DNA of 64,000 nt from Malacoraja senta. Taxonomy: Eukaryota. Numbering within the stretch: the stretch's first letter is position 1; every line of letters begins with the position of its first letter. The stretch covers positions 434,001 to 498,000 of the forward strand of contig JAXLNO010000079.1 of the NCBI GenBank assembly GCA_038087875.1, read 5' to 3'. A program made the translations under genes and the position numbers. A model generated the notes under the pieces. It was given only the letters and a program-made list of their open reading frames with translations, was not told the origin of the DNA and ran no database searches. Below, one piece after another: positions 1 through 12,264 of the stretch.

Positions 1-200
1 CAACTACCTGCGAGAGGTAGTTGAGGCAGCGACTATCCCAACATTTAAGAAACAGTCAGACAGGTACATGGATAGGACAGGTTTGGAGGGATATGGACCA
101 AATGATGGCAGGTGGGACTCGTGTAGCTGGGACATGTTAGCCGGTGTGGGAAAGTTGAGTCGAAGGGCCTGTTTCCACACTGTATCACTCTATGACTACT
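1..200 (+). mobile_element. CR1 LINE 3' end fragment
   Basis: Encodes the ORF2 C-terminus (..MDRTGLEGYG..GRWD) followed by a CR1-type 3' UTR (gaagggcctgtttccacactgtat). Confidence 0.75.
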
Positions 201-489
201 GTTTACCTATCAGAATATCACTGAAGGTTCATGGCAAAATAGCAAAATAAGTTTTAAAACTATCAGAAGCTTTGTCTTTATCTCAAGGGGTCTGCAGTAC
301 AACAGGGTAAGGGTTATAGAACACTAGTTAGACTTTGTAGAAACATGTGTCTAGTTATGTGCAAAGCAGCTCAAGAAAGATATATTCTTCTTGGAGATGT
401 ACAACAAAAAATTACCAAACCATTGATAGGATTAAATTATTAGGAGAGTTTGCATAAATTAAATGAGTGTTCTCTCAAGTGTAAGGTAT

Positions 490-845
490 GCTCTAATTCC
501 TTGTGCTCCAAGGAATAAAGTCCTAGACTGCGTCAACCTCTCCCTTGAGTCCTGGCAGCATTCTCATAAATCTTCTCAGCAGTGTTTCCAGTTTAATGAC
601 ATCCTTCCTATAACAGGGTGACTAAAACTGAACACAATACTCCAAATGCGACCTCGCCAACATGTTGTACAACTGCAACATTACATCCTAACTTCTGTAC
701 TCAATACCCTGACTGATATGATCAGTGTACTGAAATCCTTCTTGACTGCCTTATCTGCCTGTGACACCACTTTCAGGAAACTACATGCACTCCTAAATCC
801 CTCTGCTCTGCAACACCTCACAGAGCCCTCATTCAATGTGAAAAT
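490..845 (-). mobile_element. Old degenerate CR1 RT fragment
   Basis: Contains aaactgaacacaatactccaaatgcgacctcgccaa, the reverse complement of the conserved [11 protein letters not shown] region. Confidence 0.6.
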
Positions 846-1127
846 TGCAGAGAAGGTAGGGATTAATATTATAAAGAGAATATCTGTGATTTTCCAACCA
901 ACCTCATTGTAGACGTTGGATTATTTTTCTGTAATTGTAACACTACAATGCTATGACACCATGTTCTGCACTCTGGTATTTTGTGTATTCATGTGTGTAT
1001 GATCTGATTTGACTGGATAGCATGCAAACAAATGTTTCTCACTGTATCTCTGTACACATGACAATAATAAACCAATAGCATTCTGTTAACAGTCCCTAAT
1101 CTGAAACCTAGTTAATGCACTTTCTTA

Positions 1128-1241
1128 AGGGCCTGTCCCACTTGGGCGTCATTTGCGCATCACGCAGATGGCGCGCAAAGATTTTGTACATCCCAAAACC
1201 TGTAAATAATGCACAAATGATGCCCAAGTGGGACAGGTCCT
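1128..1241. mobile_element. PIF/Harbinger-type MITE
   Basis: About 28 bp TIRs (agggcctgtcccacttgggcgtcatttg and caaatgatgcccaagtgggacaggtcct). Flanks are TTA and TTT, a degenerate 3 bp TSD. Confidence 0.75.
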
Positions 1242-1380
1242 TTTTGTGCACATGTGGTTAGAAGATCTTCTAATGGCCAATTCTGGATGTTGGATTCCAT
1301 AGGATGAAGTAGATTAGAGCAATAAATCAAACTGTGTTCAGTTAATGATAATATAAAGTGTTTTAAATATATTATCATTT

Positions 1381-1855
1381 ACATAGAAACATAGAAAATA
1401 GGTGCAGGAGGAGGCCATTCGGCCGTTTGAGCCAGCACCGCCATTCATTGTGATCATGGCTGATCGTCCCCAATCAATGCCTGCCTTCTCCCCATATCCC
1501 TTGATTCCACCAGCCCCTAGAGCTCTATCTAACTCTCACTTATATCCATCCAGTGATTTGGCCTCCACTGCCCTCTGTGGCAGGGAATTCCACAAATTCA
1601 CAACTCTCTGGGTGAAAACGTTTTTTCTCACCTCAGTCCTAAATGGTCTCCCTTTAATCTAAGACTGTGGCCCCCTGGTTCTGGACTCGCCCAACATTGG
1701 GAACATTTTTCCTGCATCTAGCCTGTCCAGTCCTTTTATAATTTTATATGTTTCTATAAGATTCCCCCTCATCCTTCTAAACTCCAGTGAATACAAGCCT
1801 AGTCTTTTCAATCTTTCCTCATATGACAGTCCTGCCATCCCAGGGATCAATCTCG
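1381..1855 (-). mobile_element. CR1 3' fragment
   Basis: ORF 1659-1850 (IPGMAGLSYEERLKRLGLYSLEFRR) and a (catagaaa)n tail. Confidence 0.9.
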
Positions 1856-2119
1856 TCGCCTATCTGAAGAAGAAATTCCAAAAAAAACGTTGACGATTTG
1901 TACGCTTTTCATCTGGAGGCTTGACTATCTCTACCCCAAATCAGTTCTGATATCTGTTTTGGTAGCAGTGACAAAAGTTGGCAGACTTGCTTTACTCTTT
2001 GCAAAAAGAGAATAAAACAAATATTATTTATAACTTGCATAATTATGTGAGATGTACATTGAGTTACATAAAACGTCACACAATTTCATAAAGTATCCTA
2101 TTCACATTCTACATTGATA

Positions 2120-2955
2120 AGGGGCGCCACATTGACGGCAGCCTCTGCCTACAGCCCGTTTGTTTTTCAATCTTTAAAAAAAAATTTAGTCATTTTAAAG
2201 TCTGTTTTGGGGGAATTTTAACTTTTCTATGTGGGGGAGGGGGGAAGGGTAAGGGGGAAACTGTCTCTCAGTCGCTTCCTGGCAGGGGCGCGACTATTCT
2301 CCGAGTCGCGTCCTCGCCCCCCTCCTCGCGGCCTACCACCTGGATTGGCGCGGCCTTTCCTGCCGGGGACCGGGAACCGGACCAGAGCTACAACAGCGGC
2401 GGCGCAGCGCTGGATTCACCGCGGAGCGGGCGATGCCTACTTGGATCGCCGTTTGGAGCTTCGGAGCGTTGGGCCGCTGCTCCAACATCGCTGTGGTTTG
2501 GGAGAGCTTCCAGCGCGGGCGGCGCTGAACAACATTGCCGAGGGCCGCCAGCGTTGCATCTCCGCCCAGCGCGACCTGCGGACCTTGGGAGCCGCGGACT
2601 CCGGTAGGAGGTGCCCGACTCGGATGTCCAAGCCGCTGAGGAGGTCCCCCAGTCCCGACGTCGGAGTTCGATCACCCCGGCGAGCGGGCCTGAACATCGG
2701 GCCGCCCGTAGTGGTGACTGCGGAGGGCTCTGGGGGGCCCCGACCACGGGTGAACATCAGGAACATTAGAGGAAGATGACTGACTTTGGTGCCTTCCCTC
2801 ACAGTGGGAAACTTTTGATTCTGCTGTGTGGGGATGTTTTATGTTGAACTCTATCGTGTGTTGTGTTCTTTATTTTTATTGTATGGCTGTATGGTGATCA
2901 CATTTCACTGTGCCAACTAGCACATGTGACAAATATATGTATCTTGTATCTTGTA
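2120..2955 (+). mobile_element. GC-rich non-autonomous retroposon (hairpin family, copy 1)
   Basis: Collinear homologue of 53135-53978 (-). Ends with a Rex1-like 3' end (atttcactgtgcc..catgtgacaaata) and a (tatcttg)n tail. Conserved hairpin at 2790-2836. Confidence 0.8.
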
Positions 2956-3210
2956 AATTAACCAAGCCATAATATAACTGTCTCCTGAATGATTCTGGAT
3001 CTAATTGCCATTCCTGGAACTTTAGCTGTGACGGTTTTGTTGGTTAAACATAAAATATTAAAGAGATACTTTCATTGGAGCAGTAAACTTTACAGAGGCT
3101 GGGTGGGGGAACTGAAATGGTGGTAAGGAGCTCCTTATGATGATAAATTTGCAAGTAATGAAATGGAACATGCGTTGTAAAGATGTAACATTACAAATCT
3201 TTGATTTCAG

Positions 3211-3335
3211 GTAGTCATTATGATAAATATGGCAATCTGAAAAAATGGTGGACAGAAGAATCGTACGAGAGATTTATAAAACGAGCACTTTGCATTGCCA
3301 ATCTCTATGAAAGCTTTACTGTCTATGACCAAAGG
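3211..3335 (+). CDS. ECEL1: ECEL1-like M13 metallopeptidase, internal exon (125 bp, phase 1 to 0)
   Basis: Bounded by ttgatttcag and gtatga. Translates (G)[41 protein letters not shown], matching the neprilysin-family YDxxGNLxxWW...C...Y segment in its ECEL1 form (..FTVYxQR). Not in the ORF track. Confidence 0.9.
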
Positions 3336-3662
3336 GTATGATGTTTATTTCATGTGAATCATAAATTCTTCTTGTCTATTAACCCCACGCATTTTACAGA
3401 GGCTACTTTTAAAAAACAAACATATATATTTGAACCATATGTCGTACAATTTTCATCCAAGGGTAAAGTAAGCGACAAATGGCTAAGATATCTAGGATGC
3501 CCAAGAGATAAATATAGTCTCAAGAACAGGATCTAAGGCAATTGCCTTTTTAGGTGTGGTCGTTATGGCTTCCATGGATTAGGCTGTGCAAATTAAATCT
3601 TTTCAGGATTTTGGTTGGAAAAATTTAATTTCTTGTTTTGCAGATTATTAACTCAAATGTGT

Positions 3663-6105
3663 AGAAACATAGAAACATAGAAAATAGGTGCAGACGTAGG
3701 CCATTCGGCCCTTCGAGCCTGCACCGCCATTCAATATGATCATGGCTGATCATCCAACTCAGTATCCTGTACCTGCCTTCTCTCCATATAACCATATAAC
3801 CATAACAGCACGGAAACAGGCCATCTCGGCCCTTCAAGTTCGTGCCGAACACTTAAAAACATTTTTTTTTAATATAATTTTTTAATTTTATTTATTTGTT
3901 TATTTATTTATTTTTATCCCCCCCCCTTACCACACCCACTGATACCTTTAGCCACAAGGGCCACATCTAACTCCCTCTTAAATATAGCCAATGAACTGGC
4001 CTCAACTACCTTCTGTGGCAGAGAATTCCAGAGATTCACCAATCTCTGTGTGAAAAATGATTTTCTCATCTCGGTCCTAAAAGATTTCCCCCTTATCCTT
4101 AAACTGTGACCCCTTGTTCTGGACTTCCCCAACATCGGGAACAATCTTCCTGCATCTAGCCTGTCCAACCCCTTAAGAATTTTGTAAGTTTCTATAAGAT
4201 CCCCCCTCAATCTTCTAAATTCTAGCGAGTACAAGCCGAGTCTATCCAGTCTTTCTGCATATGAAAGTCCTGCCATCCCAGGAATCAGTCTGGTGAACCT
4301 TCTCTGTACTCCCTCTATGGCAAGAATGCCTTTGCTCAGATTAGGAGACCAAAACTGTACGCAATACTCCAGGTGTGGTCTCACCAAGACCCTGTACAAC
4401 TGCAGTAGAACCTCCCTGCTCCTATACTCAAATCCTTTTGCTATGAATGCTAACATACCATTCGCTTTCTTCACTGCCTGCTGCACCTGCATGCCTACTT
4501 TCAATGACTGGTGCACCTAGGTCTCATTGCATCTCCCCTTTTCCTAATCGGCCACCATTCAGATAATAGTCTACTTTCCTGTTTTTGCCACCAAAGTGGA
4601 TAACCTCACATTTATCCACATTATACTGCATCTGCCATGCATTTGCCCACTCACCCAGCCTATCCAAGTCTCCTTGCAGCCTCCTAGCATCCTCCTCACA
4701 GCTAACACTGCCCCCCAGCTTCGTGTCATCCGCAAACTGGGAGATGTTGCATTCAATTCCCTCATCCAAGTCATTAATATATATTGTAAATAGCTGGGGT
4801 CCCAGCACTGAATCTTGCGGTACCCCACTAGTCACTGCCTGCCATTCTGAAAAGGACCCGTTTACTCCTACTCTTTGCTTCCTGTCTGCCAGCCAGTTCT
4901 CTATCCACATCAATACTGAACCCTCAATACTGTGTGCTTTAAGTTTGTATACTAATCTCTTATGTGGGACCTTGTCGAAAGCCTTCTGAAAGTCCAGATA
5001 TAACACATCCACTGGTTCTCCCTTATCCACTCTACTAGTTACATCCTCGAAAAATTCTATAAGATTCGTCAGACATGATTTACCTTTCATAAATTCATGC
5101 TGACTTTGTCCAATGATTTCACCACTTTCCAAATGTGCTGCTATCCCAGCTTTAATAACTGACTCTAGCAGTTTCCCCACTACCGATGTTAGACTAACTG
5201 GTCTGTAATTCCCCGTTTTCTCTCTCCCTCCCTTTTTAACAAGTGGGGTTACATTAGCTACCCTCCAATCCTCAGGAACTACTCCAGAATCTAAAGCGTT
5301 TTGAAACATTATCACTAATGCATCCACTATTTCTGGGGCTACTTCCTTAAGTACTCTGGGATGCAGTCTATCTGGCCCTGGGGATTTATCGGCCTTTAAT
5401 CCATTCAATTTACCTAACACCACTTCCCGGCTAACCTGGATTTCACTCAGTTCCTCCATCTCATTATGACCCCCGGTCCCCTGCTATATCCGGCAGATTA
5501 TTTATGTCTTCCTTAGTGAAGACAGAACCAAAGTAGTTATTCAATTGGTCTGCCATGTGCTTGTTCCCCATGATCAATTCACCTGTTTGTGACTGTAAGG
5601 GACCTACATTTGTTTTAACTAATCTTTTTCTCTTCACATATCTATAAAAACTTTTGCAGTCCGTTTTTATGTTCCCTGCCAGTTTTCTTTCATAATCTAT
5701 TTTTCCTTTCCTAATTAAGCCCTTTGTCCTCCTCTGTTGGTCCCTGAATTTCTCCCAGTCCTCCGGTTTGCTGCTTTTTCTGGCTAATTTGTACGCATCA
5801 TCCTTCGCTTTGATACCATCCCTGATTTCCCTTGTTATCCACGGATGCACTACCTTCCCTGATTTATTCTTTTGCCAAACTGGGATGAACAATTGTTGTA
5901 GTTCATCCATGCAGCCTTTAAATGCCTTCCATTGCATATCCACCGTCAACCCTTTAAGAACCAATTGCCAGTCATCTTGGCCAATTCACGTCTCATACCC
6001 TCAAAGTTACCTTTCTTTAAGTTCAGAATCTTTGTTTCTGAATTAATTATGTTACTCTCCATCCTAATGAAGAACTCAACCATATTATGGTCACTCTTGC
6101 CCAAG
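3663..6105 (-). mobile_element. CR1 subfamily A, 5'-truncated and disrupted; 3' UTR interrupted by a subfamily B tail fragment (about 3788-3915)
   Basis: ORFs 5464-5964, 4524-5459 and 3914-4516 encode the linker and RT ([17 protein letters not shown]). (catagaaa)n tail at 3663-3682. Confidence 0.95.
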
Positions 6106-6869
6106 TGTACATGCCCAGCATGGCATGGATGACAATGCTATCCCTCCAAAACCAGTAAAGGAACATTTCTGGCTTGTATGTTGCAGGCATAAAGTAAACA
6201 ACCAACAAGACACTGTCAAGGACGTCAGTTTTACTGAGACATGTGCAGTCAACCTCATCCCCAATGTACAGTCCTCACCACAACCTCACAACCTCACAAC
6301 CTACGGAGAGTGAGGTGGAACACAAAGATTTAGATCACACATAAAAATAAATAAATCATAATAGTCATGGTGATATTCTCTCTGAGGCGGATCCATTACA
6401 TCCATGACCAAACCCATTAATCTCAGCTGAACTTTGTTAGCACCCTGATATATTTACATTTACATAAAGGAAAGCAAAGAAAGGAAGACTTACATCGATA
6501 CAGAGGCCTTCTTGTTCTCCAAAGCAGATTATGAAGTACTTCTGGAGGTCTATTCACAATTGTAGGAAATATGGGAGTCTGAGTGTATGGAGAGAATTCC
6601 CACAAATAACAACCTGAAAATGAACAAATATTCTGTTTTGGTTAATGGTTAAATATTGATAAGATCACTGATGATCGCTCATCTGCTCTTCCCTGAAATA
6701 GATCTATGGGATCTTTGCATCCACTCAAGAGATTGGGTGGGGCCTCAATTTATTACCTAACCCAAAACAGGCACATATATCAGATTTTTAAACAGTTCTA
6801 TGTAAAACAATATTATTGCCCAATTTCTCAGTATTCTGTTTACATTAAACAGCACCGAATACAGATGTC

Positions 6870-7415
6870 ACAAAGCTTCAATAGAATTTGTTCATCGTTT
6901 ATTTTTAACAATAATGTAAAAAGTCAGGTGTTTAATTGTCATCTGCCCCAGGACTGGAATAATTAAATTATTACTTGCAGCATCTTTAATGCAACAACAC
7001 AACAAATAAGTATGCAATGAACAATAAACTATCAATTATACAAGATAACTAAGCTGAAATACGAATTGTAACCTGTAAACATTCTATAGTAGATCATTAC
7101 TGAGGTAGTGGTTAGTGTTATGCAGTGGTCAAGAGTTCGATGGTTGATGGGAAGTAGCTGTTCAGGCTCCTATACCATCTTCCTGATGGTAGCAGCAAGA
7201 TGAGAGCATGGTCAGGGTGGTGTGGCTTTGATGATATTAGCTGTGTTTTTGAAGCAATGCCACCTGTAGATCCCTTTGATGGATGGGAGGGACGTCAGTA
7301 CCTGTGATGGACTGGGCATGTCTACCACTTTCTTCAGCCTCTTTCATTCTTGGGTGTTCAGCTTACCAAACCAGGTTGTGATCAGCCAGTATGTTCTCTA
7401 CTGAACACCTATAGA
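6870..7415 (-). mobile_element. Degenerate Rex1/Babar LINE 3' fragment
   Basis: Similar to 18290-18640 (ggctcctataccatcttcctgatggtagcagcaagatgagagcatgg). Confidence 0.65.
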
Positions 7416-7649
7416 AGAATGTCAGCTGAAAAGAAACGTGTATGAGCTTCACTGGGTCTCAGGATCCATATTCCTACCTGATTCACTCTTGAATTGGAAG
7501 CATGCTGATCTCTTTAGAATCACTTCCTTGAATCTTCCTTGTGTATTTTAGGTTGCTGAGTAAGGTAAGATGATTGTACGGGTAGTTCATTCAGAGAGCG
7601 TGTGCTAATTACAATTTAAGAATGCGATGAAATACTAATCCCACCATCA

Positions 7650-8395
7650 TAAATTCATACGTCATAGAGCAAAATTAGGACATTCAACCCATCAAGTCTA
7701 CTCTGCCATTCAATCATGGCTGATCTATCTTTTTCTCCCAAACCTATTCTCCTACCTTCTCCCAATAACCATTAACACCCTTACTAATCAAGAATCTATC
7801 GATCTCCACCTTAAACATTCCCAATGACTTGGCCTCCATAGCCTTCAGAAAATTCAGGTAAACAACATCCACTGACTCTCCTCTGTACTATACTGCTATT
7901 TACTCTGCTTCCCAAAACCATGCTGACTTTGGCCTATTTCACCTTGTGCTTCTTATACTCTGAAATCTCATCCCTAATGATGGACTCTAAAATCTCACCA
8001 TCCACTGAAGTCAGGCTAACCTGCCTTTAGTTTCCCCTCTTTTGCTTTGCTCCTTTCTTAAATAGAGGAGTAACATTTGCAATTTTCCAATCCTCTTGAA
8101 CTATTCCTGACTCTAGTGGTCCCCAAAAGATCACTGCTAATGCCTCCACAATCTCTAAACCACCTATTTCAGAACCTCCACAATCTCTAAAGCCATCTCT
8201 ATCATCTGCTAAAGAAAGATAGATGCTGGAATAACTCTGCAGTTACTCTGCAATAACCAGCATCTGCAGTTCCTTCCAGGGATAATGGGGAAAAAGCAGG
8301 AACGGGGTACTGATTTTGGATGATCAGCCACAATCAGGTTGAATGGCTCGAAGGGCCGAATGGCCTATTCCTGCACCTATTTTCTATGTTTCCTA
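7650..8395. mobile_element. Cluster of old CR1 fragments on both strands with a Penelope-derived remnant
   Basis: CR1 tail on - near 7670-7850, decayed RT-linker DNA on -, and a CR1 tail on + at 8280-8393 (cgaagggccgaatggcctattcctgcacc). Confidence 0.6.
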
Positions 8396-8774
8396 CACCT
8401 CTATCATCTGCTAGCTTTCTTCATAATAGAAGGAAATGATCATGCACAACTAGGAATTTGAGTCAACATTAAATAACTGTCTCACCTGGCACCCACACAC
8501 GCAGTTACAGGATACCTGCGCCATCTTTGAAAATTCTATTTGGATTTGAAAGGGAATAATTGTACATTTTACTTCGGAGTCACGTGAGTGACTATGTGAA
8601 GAACCCGCCAGACCGCATGCGCGTCATATCATCTATCGCATTGCGCAACGACTGGCTGGGGGCGCGCTTCTCCACCAGCGGTAAGTTTCAAACCTGAAGG
8701 TAAGTTTCCAACTTATTTCCCGGTCTGTTTTCTCCTTGCAGGAAGCTCTTTACAGAATTCCTGCTGGAGACGTT

Positions 8775-9050
8775 CCGGGGTAATCCCGGCTCCGCTGGGG
8801 AAACTCGGCTCGGGAAACCCGACTACGGATATCGCGGGGAATCCCGTCTACAGGGACAGCGAGGGAATCCCGACTGCGGAAACCGCGGGGAAACCGGCTC
8901 GGGGAAGCCGGCTGCGGGGACAGCGTGTAGACACTAGACCGTGGGGAAACCCGGCTTCGGGAAAATCCGGCTTCGGGGACCGTGGGAAGACACGGCTCGG
9001 GGGAACCCCGGCTACGGGGACTGTGGTCAGACACGGCTACGGACCGCGGA
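8775..9050 (+). repeat. Degenerate GC-rich tandem repeat inside the DIRS 5' region
   Basis: Repeated variants of gggaaacccggcttcgg and gggaatcccgactgcgg. Confidence 0.7.
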
Positions 9051-12000
9051 AGTGCGGGTAGCCGGCGGCGACTTCAGACTCTGGCAGCCCGTAGAGGGGA
9101 ACAGCCAAACGGAGTCTGAGAGGCCTAGACTGGGACGAGTCAGGCCAGGAGGGTTCCCCTCCGACATGGGTACGCCCTCGGACGTTTTTACCCAGATAGA
9201 GCATAGACAGTGTCCGCAGGGCGTTCATCCCACCAAGGGGATGCTCCATCCTCATATGGTCCATGGAGGAACCATATCAGCGCAGGTCTCCTCGAGGGCC
9301 TGCGGCAGCACCTCTTTCAGGGCTGCTTACTAATCTCCCTCTCTGTGAAGGAGAGTGCGAGGGGTCAGTTGGTAACTGACTCCAAACTCGGAAGTATATC
9401 AGGGGAACATACTGGAGTACATGCGTGAGGTTCCAGAAATTTCTGTCATGGCATCAAGGGTAGCGATATCCTCGCAAACGAAGGAGCTCCTGCTGGAAGA
9501 GTTGGCTTCCAGCCATTGGCAGAAAACCCGGAGGGGCCAGAGTTCCTCTCGCGAAGCAGCAGCTAACTCACGTCACATAATTACAGGAACAGGTGACGGC
9601 TGTGAGATACCATGCACCTGTAAGTGCCGGCAGTGAACAGCGCTATCTGGGTGATATTGGAGGCGGCATGAAAACCCAGGAAATGAAACTCCAACAAATT
9701 TTAAAGATTACTGGCCTGGTGTTGATGTGCAAAGCACACTTCAAAATGAACATGGAACGCCATCAGACCTGCCTTAAATTCCAATTTGCAGGCTCGTGTA
9801 AGGCCAGCAATGTCCAGCCGCCGAATCTTCTCTTCACGGAAAACTTGTCCAAACAGGTAAGACCAGGATGAGGAAACAAAAGCTGTCGGACTAATCAAGG
9901 TGTCGGCGACAACATACCCCACTCCTCCATCGGCAGGAAGCGGTTCACTGAAGCTGGTGGCAGCTTGAAAGCTGGGCACAGGTCTTTTAGGCCATCCTCA
10001 GGAAAAGTATGGGATCCACGCACACCAGCAGTCCTACTCTCCAAATCAAGGACGGAAATAGAACCCGCATGAGGGGCCTTTGGGCTTACCATAAAACCAC
10101 CGATAACCATGAAGGTAGGTGGGTCTGGTTCTTTCCGAAATATGGGGTATATGGACCATTTACAAGTTGGTAATATTTACACTTGTTTTTTTGTACAAAT
10201 GACAATGATAACATGAGATTCAGATCTGTTAACATGAGATTGGTTTATACTGCACGGTATACAAGCGAGACAGGCACGGAAATTGGCCAGAGTTCTCGGA
10301 AATATGGCTGGAGTTGCCTTTCAGGGCAGGCTCGCAATTGTGGCAGATGTGGCCTGTTCATTGTCAACAGGTTCAACTCGCATGTGCAGTATAGACATTT
10401 CTGAATAGGAAACTTTGTGACTGTCTAACTTCCTTGGGATCAGTTTCCATTCATATTGGATCACCGGAGATATTTGAAATTTAGCTGGATGGGGCAATGA
10501 AACAGTTAAAATCGTTGCAAAATGGGCTAACTTCAGCTCCCAGGTTATTTACCAAATTACTAAAAACCAGTGCTTCAGCTGCTCAGAGCTAAAAAACAAT
10601 GGTTATGGCCAACTGGATGATATTCTAAACGCTGTATTTTGCTACATTAGCTGTATCAGCCACAAAACTATATTTGAGAAATTGGGTTTCTCATCCATCC
10701 AGTTAAATTTAAGTTGATACCAAATGAAATTATTGACTATTGGGATTTATCTTTAACTCTACTAATTTGTCTGTGACTCTGCCCTGAGGCAAGAGATTGG
10801 AATTAATTGAAGCCAGTAACAACCTTGTTGTTGTCAAGCAGCCTTCTATTCATCAAGTGTAATTGGCAATATATTGGCTTTTCAGCTGTGCTATTTGGGC
10901 CTTTGCATTATCAGAACTTACAGCGTGCAAAGGAGTAAGCTCTCAAGTACCATGTAGGTCATTGTTAACAGACCTATGCCATTACCAGCTGAAACTATCA
11001 AAATCACCATGGTGGACAAACAGTGTTCAGCATTGCCCCACTAACTTTCGTCAGTAAATCTTCAGTTACAAACTGATGCTATTACTCAAAGATGGAAAAT
11101 TACTAATACCATCTCTAGTTACGGAGGCGGATGGGATTTGCATGAGTTACCAATTCTTCAGTTATATGGTATCAACTACCTATAGACACTAGGTGCATTC
11201 TGTGGGTTAAAGGTTTTTGTGCGAATATGCATGATCTGCATGCTCAACTCCAAGTTGATACACTTTGGCGGTGGTATATGTTAATCACATGGGTGCAATC
11301 AAGTCAAAGTATCCGGTGATAGTTTACCTAACCTCATTTGGCACTGGTGTATCATCACGTAAAATCAATGACAATACAGAATGGATGTTGGATCACAAAG
11401 TATTTAATGACATTGTGGCTCGATGGAACACTAAAAGATCGAGATGTTTGCATCCAGGCTTAATCACCAGTTGCAAAAAATATGTGGCATATCAGTGGCA
11501 ATGGATGCATTCTCGCTACACTGGGGAGGAATGTTCTTTTATGTCTTCCTCCATTTTGCCTCATCAGACGGGTCTTGCAAAAAATTCAGCAAGTTCCCAC
11601 TTCAGGCATTTTCGTAGTGCCTGACTGGCCTATACAGCCATGGTTCCCGCTGATGTTGGGACTGATAATAGAACCTTATATGGTTATTTCTAGACACAAT
11701 TTGCTGGTTTAGCCATGACTCGGGAAACCATCCTCTGCATGATAAAATCAATTCATTGACTTGCAGACTCTGAGAAGACCGTTCCTGCGGCTCAGGTTGT
11801 CAAACCAAACCATGGACGTACTCACTGCTGATTGCAGGGATAGCACCAAATCAGCAGTACATTTCCTCATAAGGAGATGGGAAATTTTGTTTTATGCTAA
11901 TATTACATATAATTCGGCACGGATGACTGACATCTTGAAGTTCAGTTATATATGGGTCTTTGACAATCATTAAGTTATAGTGCCATTAACTGTGCCAAAC

Positions 12001-12264
12001 GTGCCTTCTCATCATATTGGCTGCGGTGGAGCAGAATCCACTCTGTCGGGTCTCACCCTCTGGTATCTAGATTATGAAGGGTATCTTCAACTCAAAACCT
12101 CCCAGGCCCAGGTACGCAGAGATATGGGATGTTAACATTGTGCTACGTCGCTTCGCCGGTGGGCTCCAGCTACATCCCTGTCCTTGGTCAAACTCACTTA
12201 CAAAGTGGTATGCTCATGGCGCTGAGTTCAGCGCAACGGGTCCAGTCATTGCATAAGATTGCAT

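Noticed and set aside
2231..2802. Overlapping Arg/Pro/Gly-rich ORFs in the GC-rich retroposons (also 39.7-40.5, 50.4-51.3 and 53.1-53.9 kb)
   Set aside because: High GC depletes stop codons, ORFs appear in several frames on both strands, and no domain is recognisable.
8775..9050. CRISPR-like or coding repeat array
   Set aside because: Degenerate contiguous units with no unique spacers and no cas genes, in a eukaryotic DIRS context.
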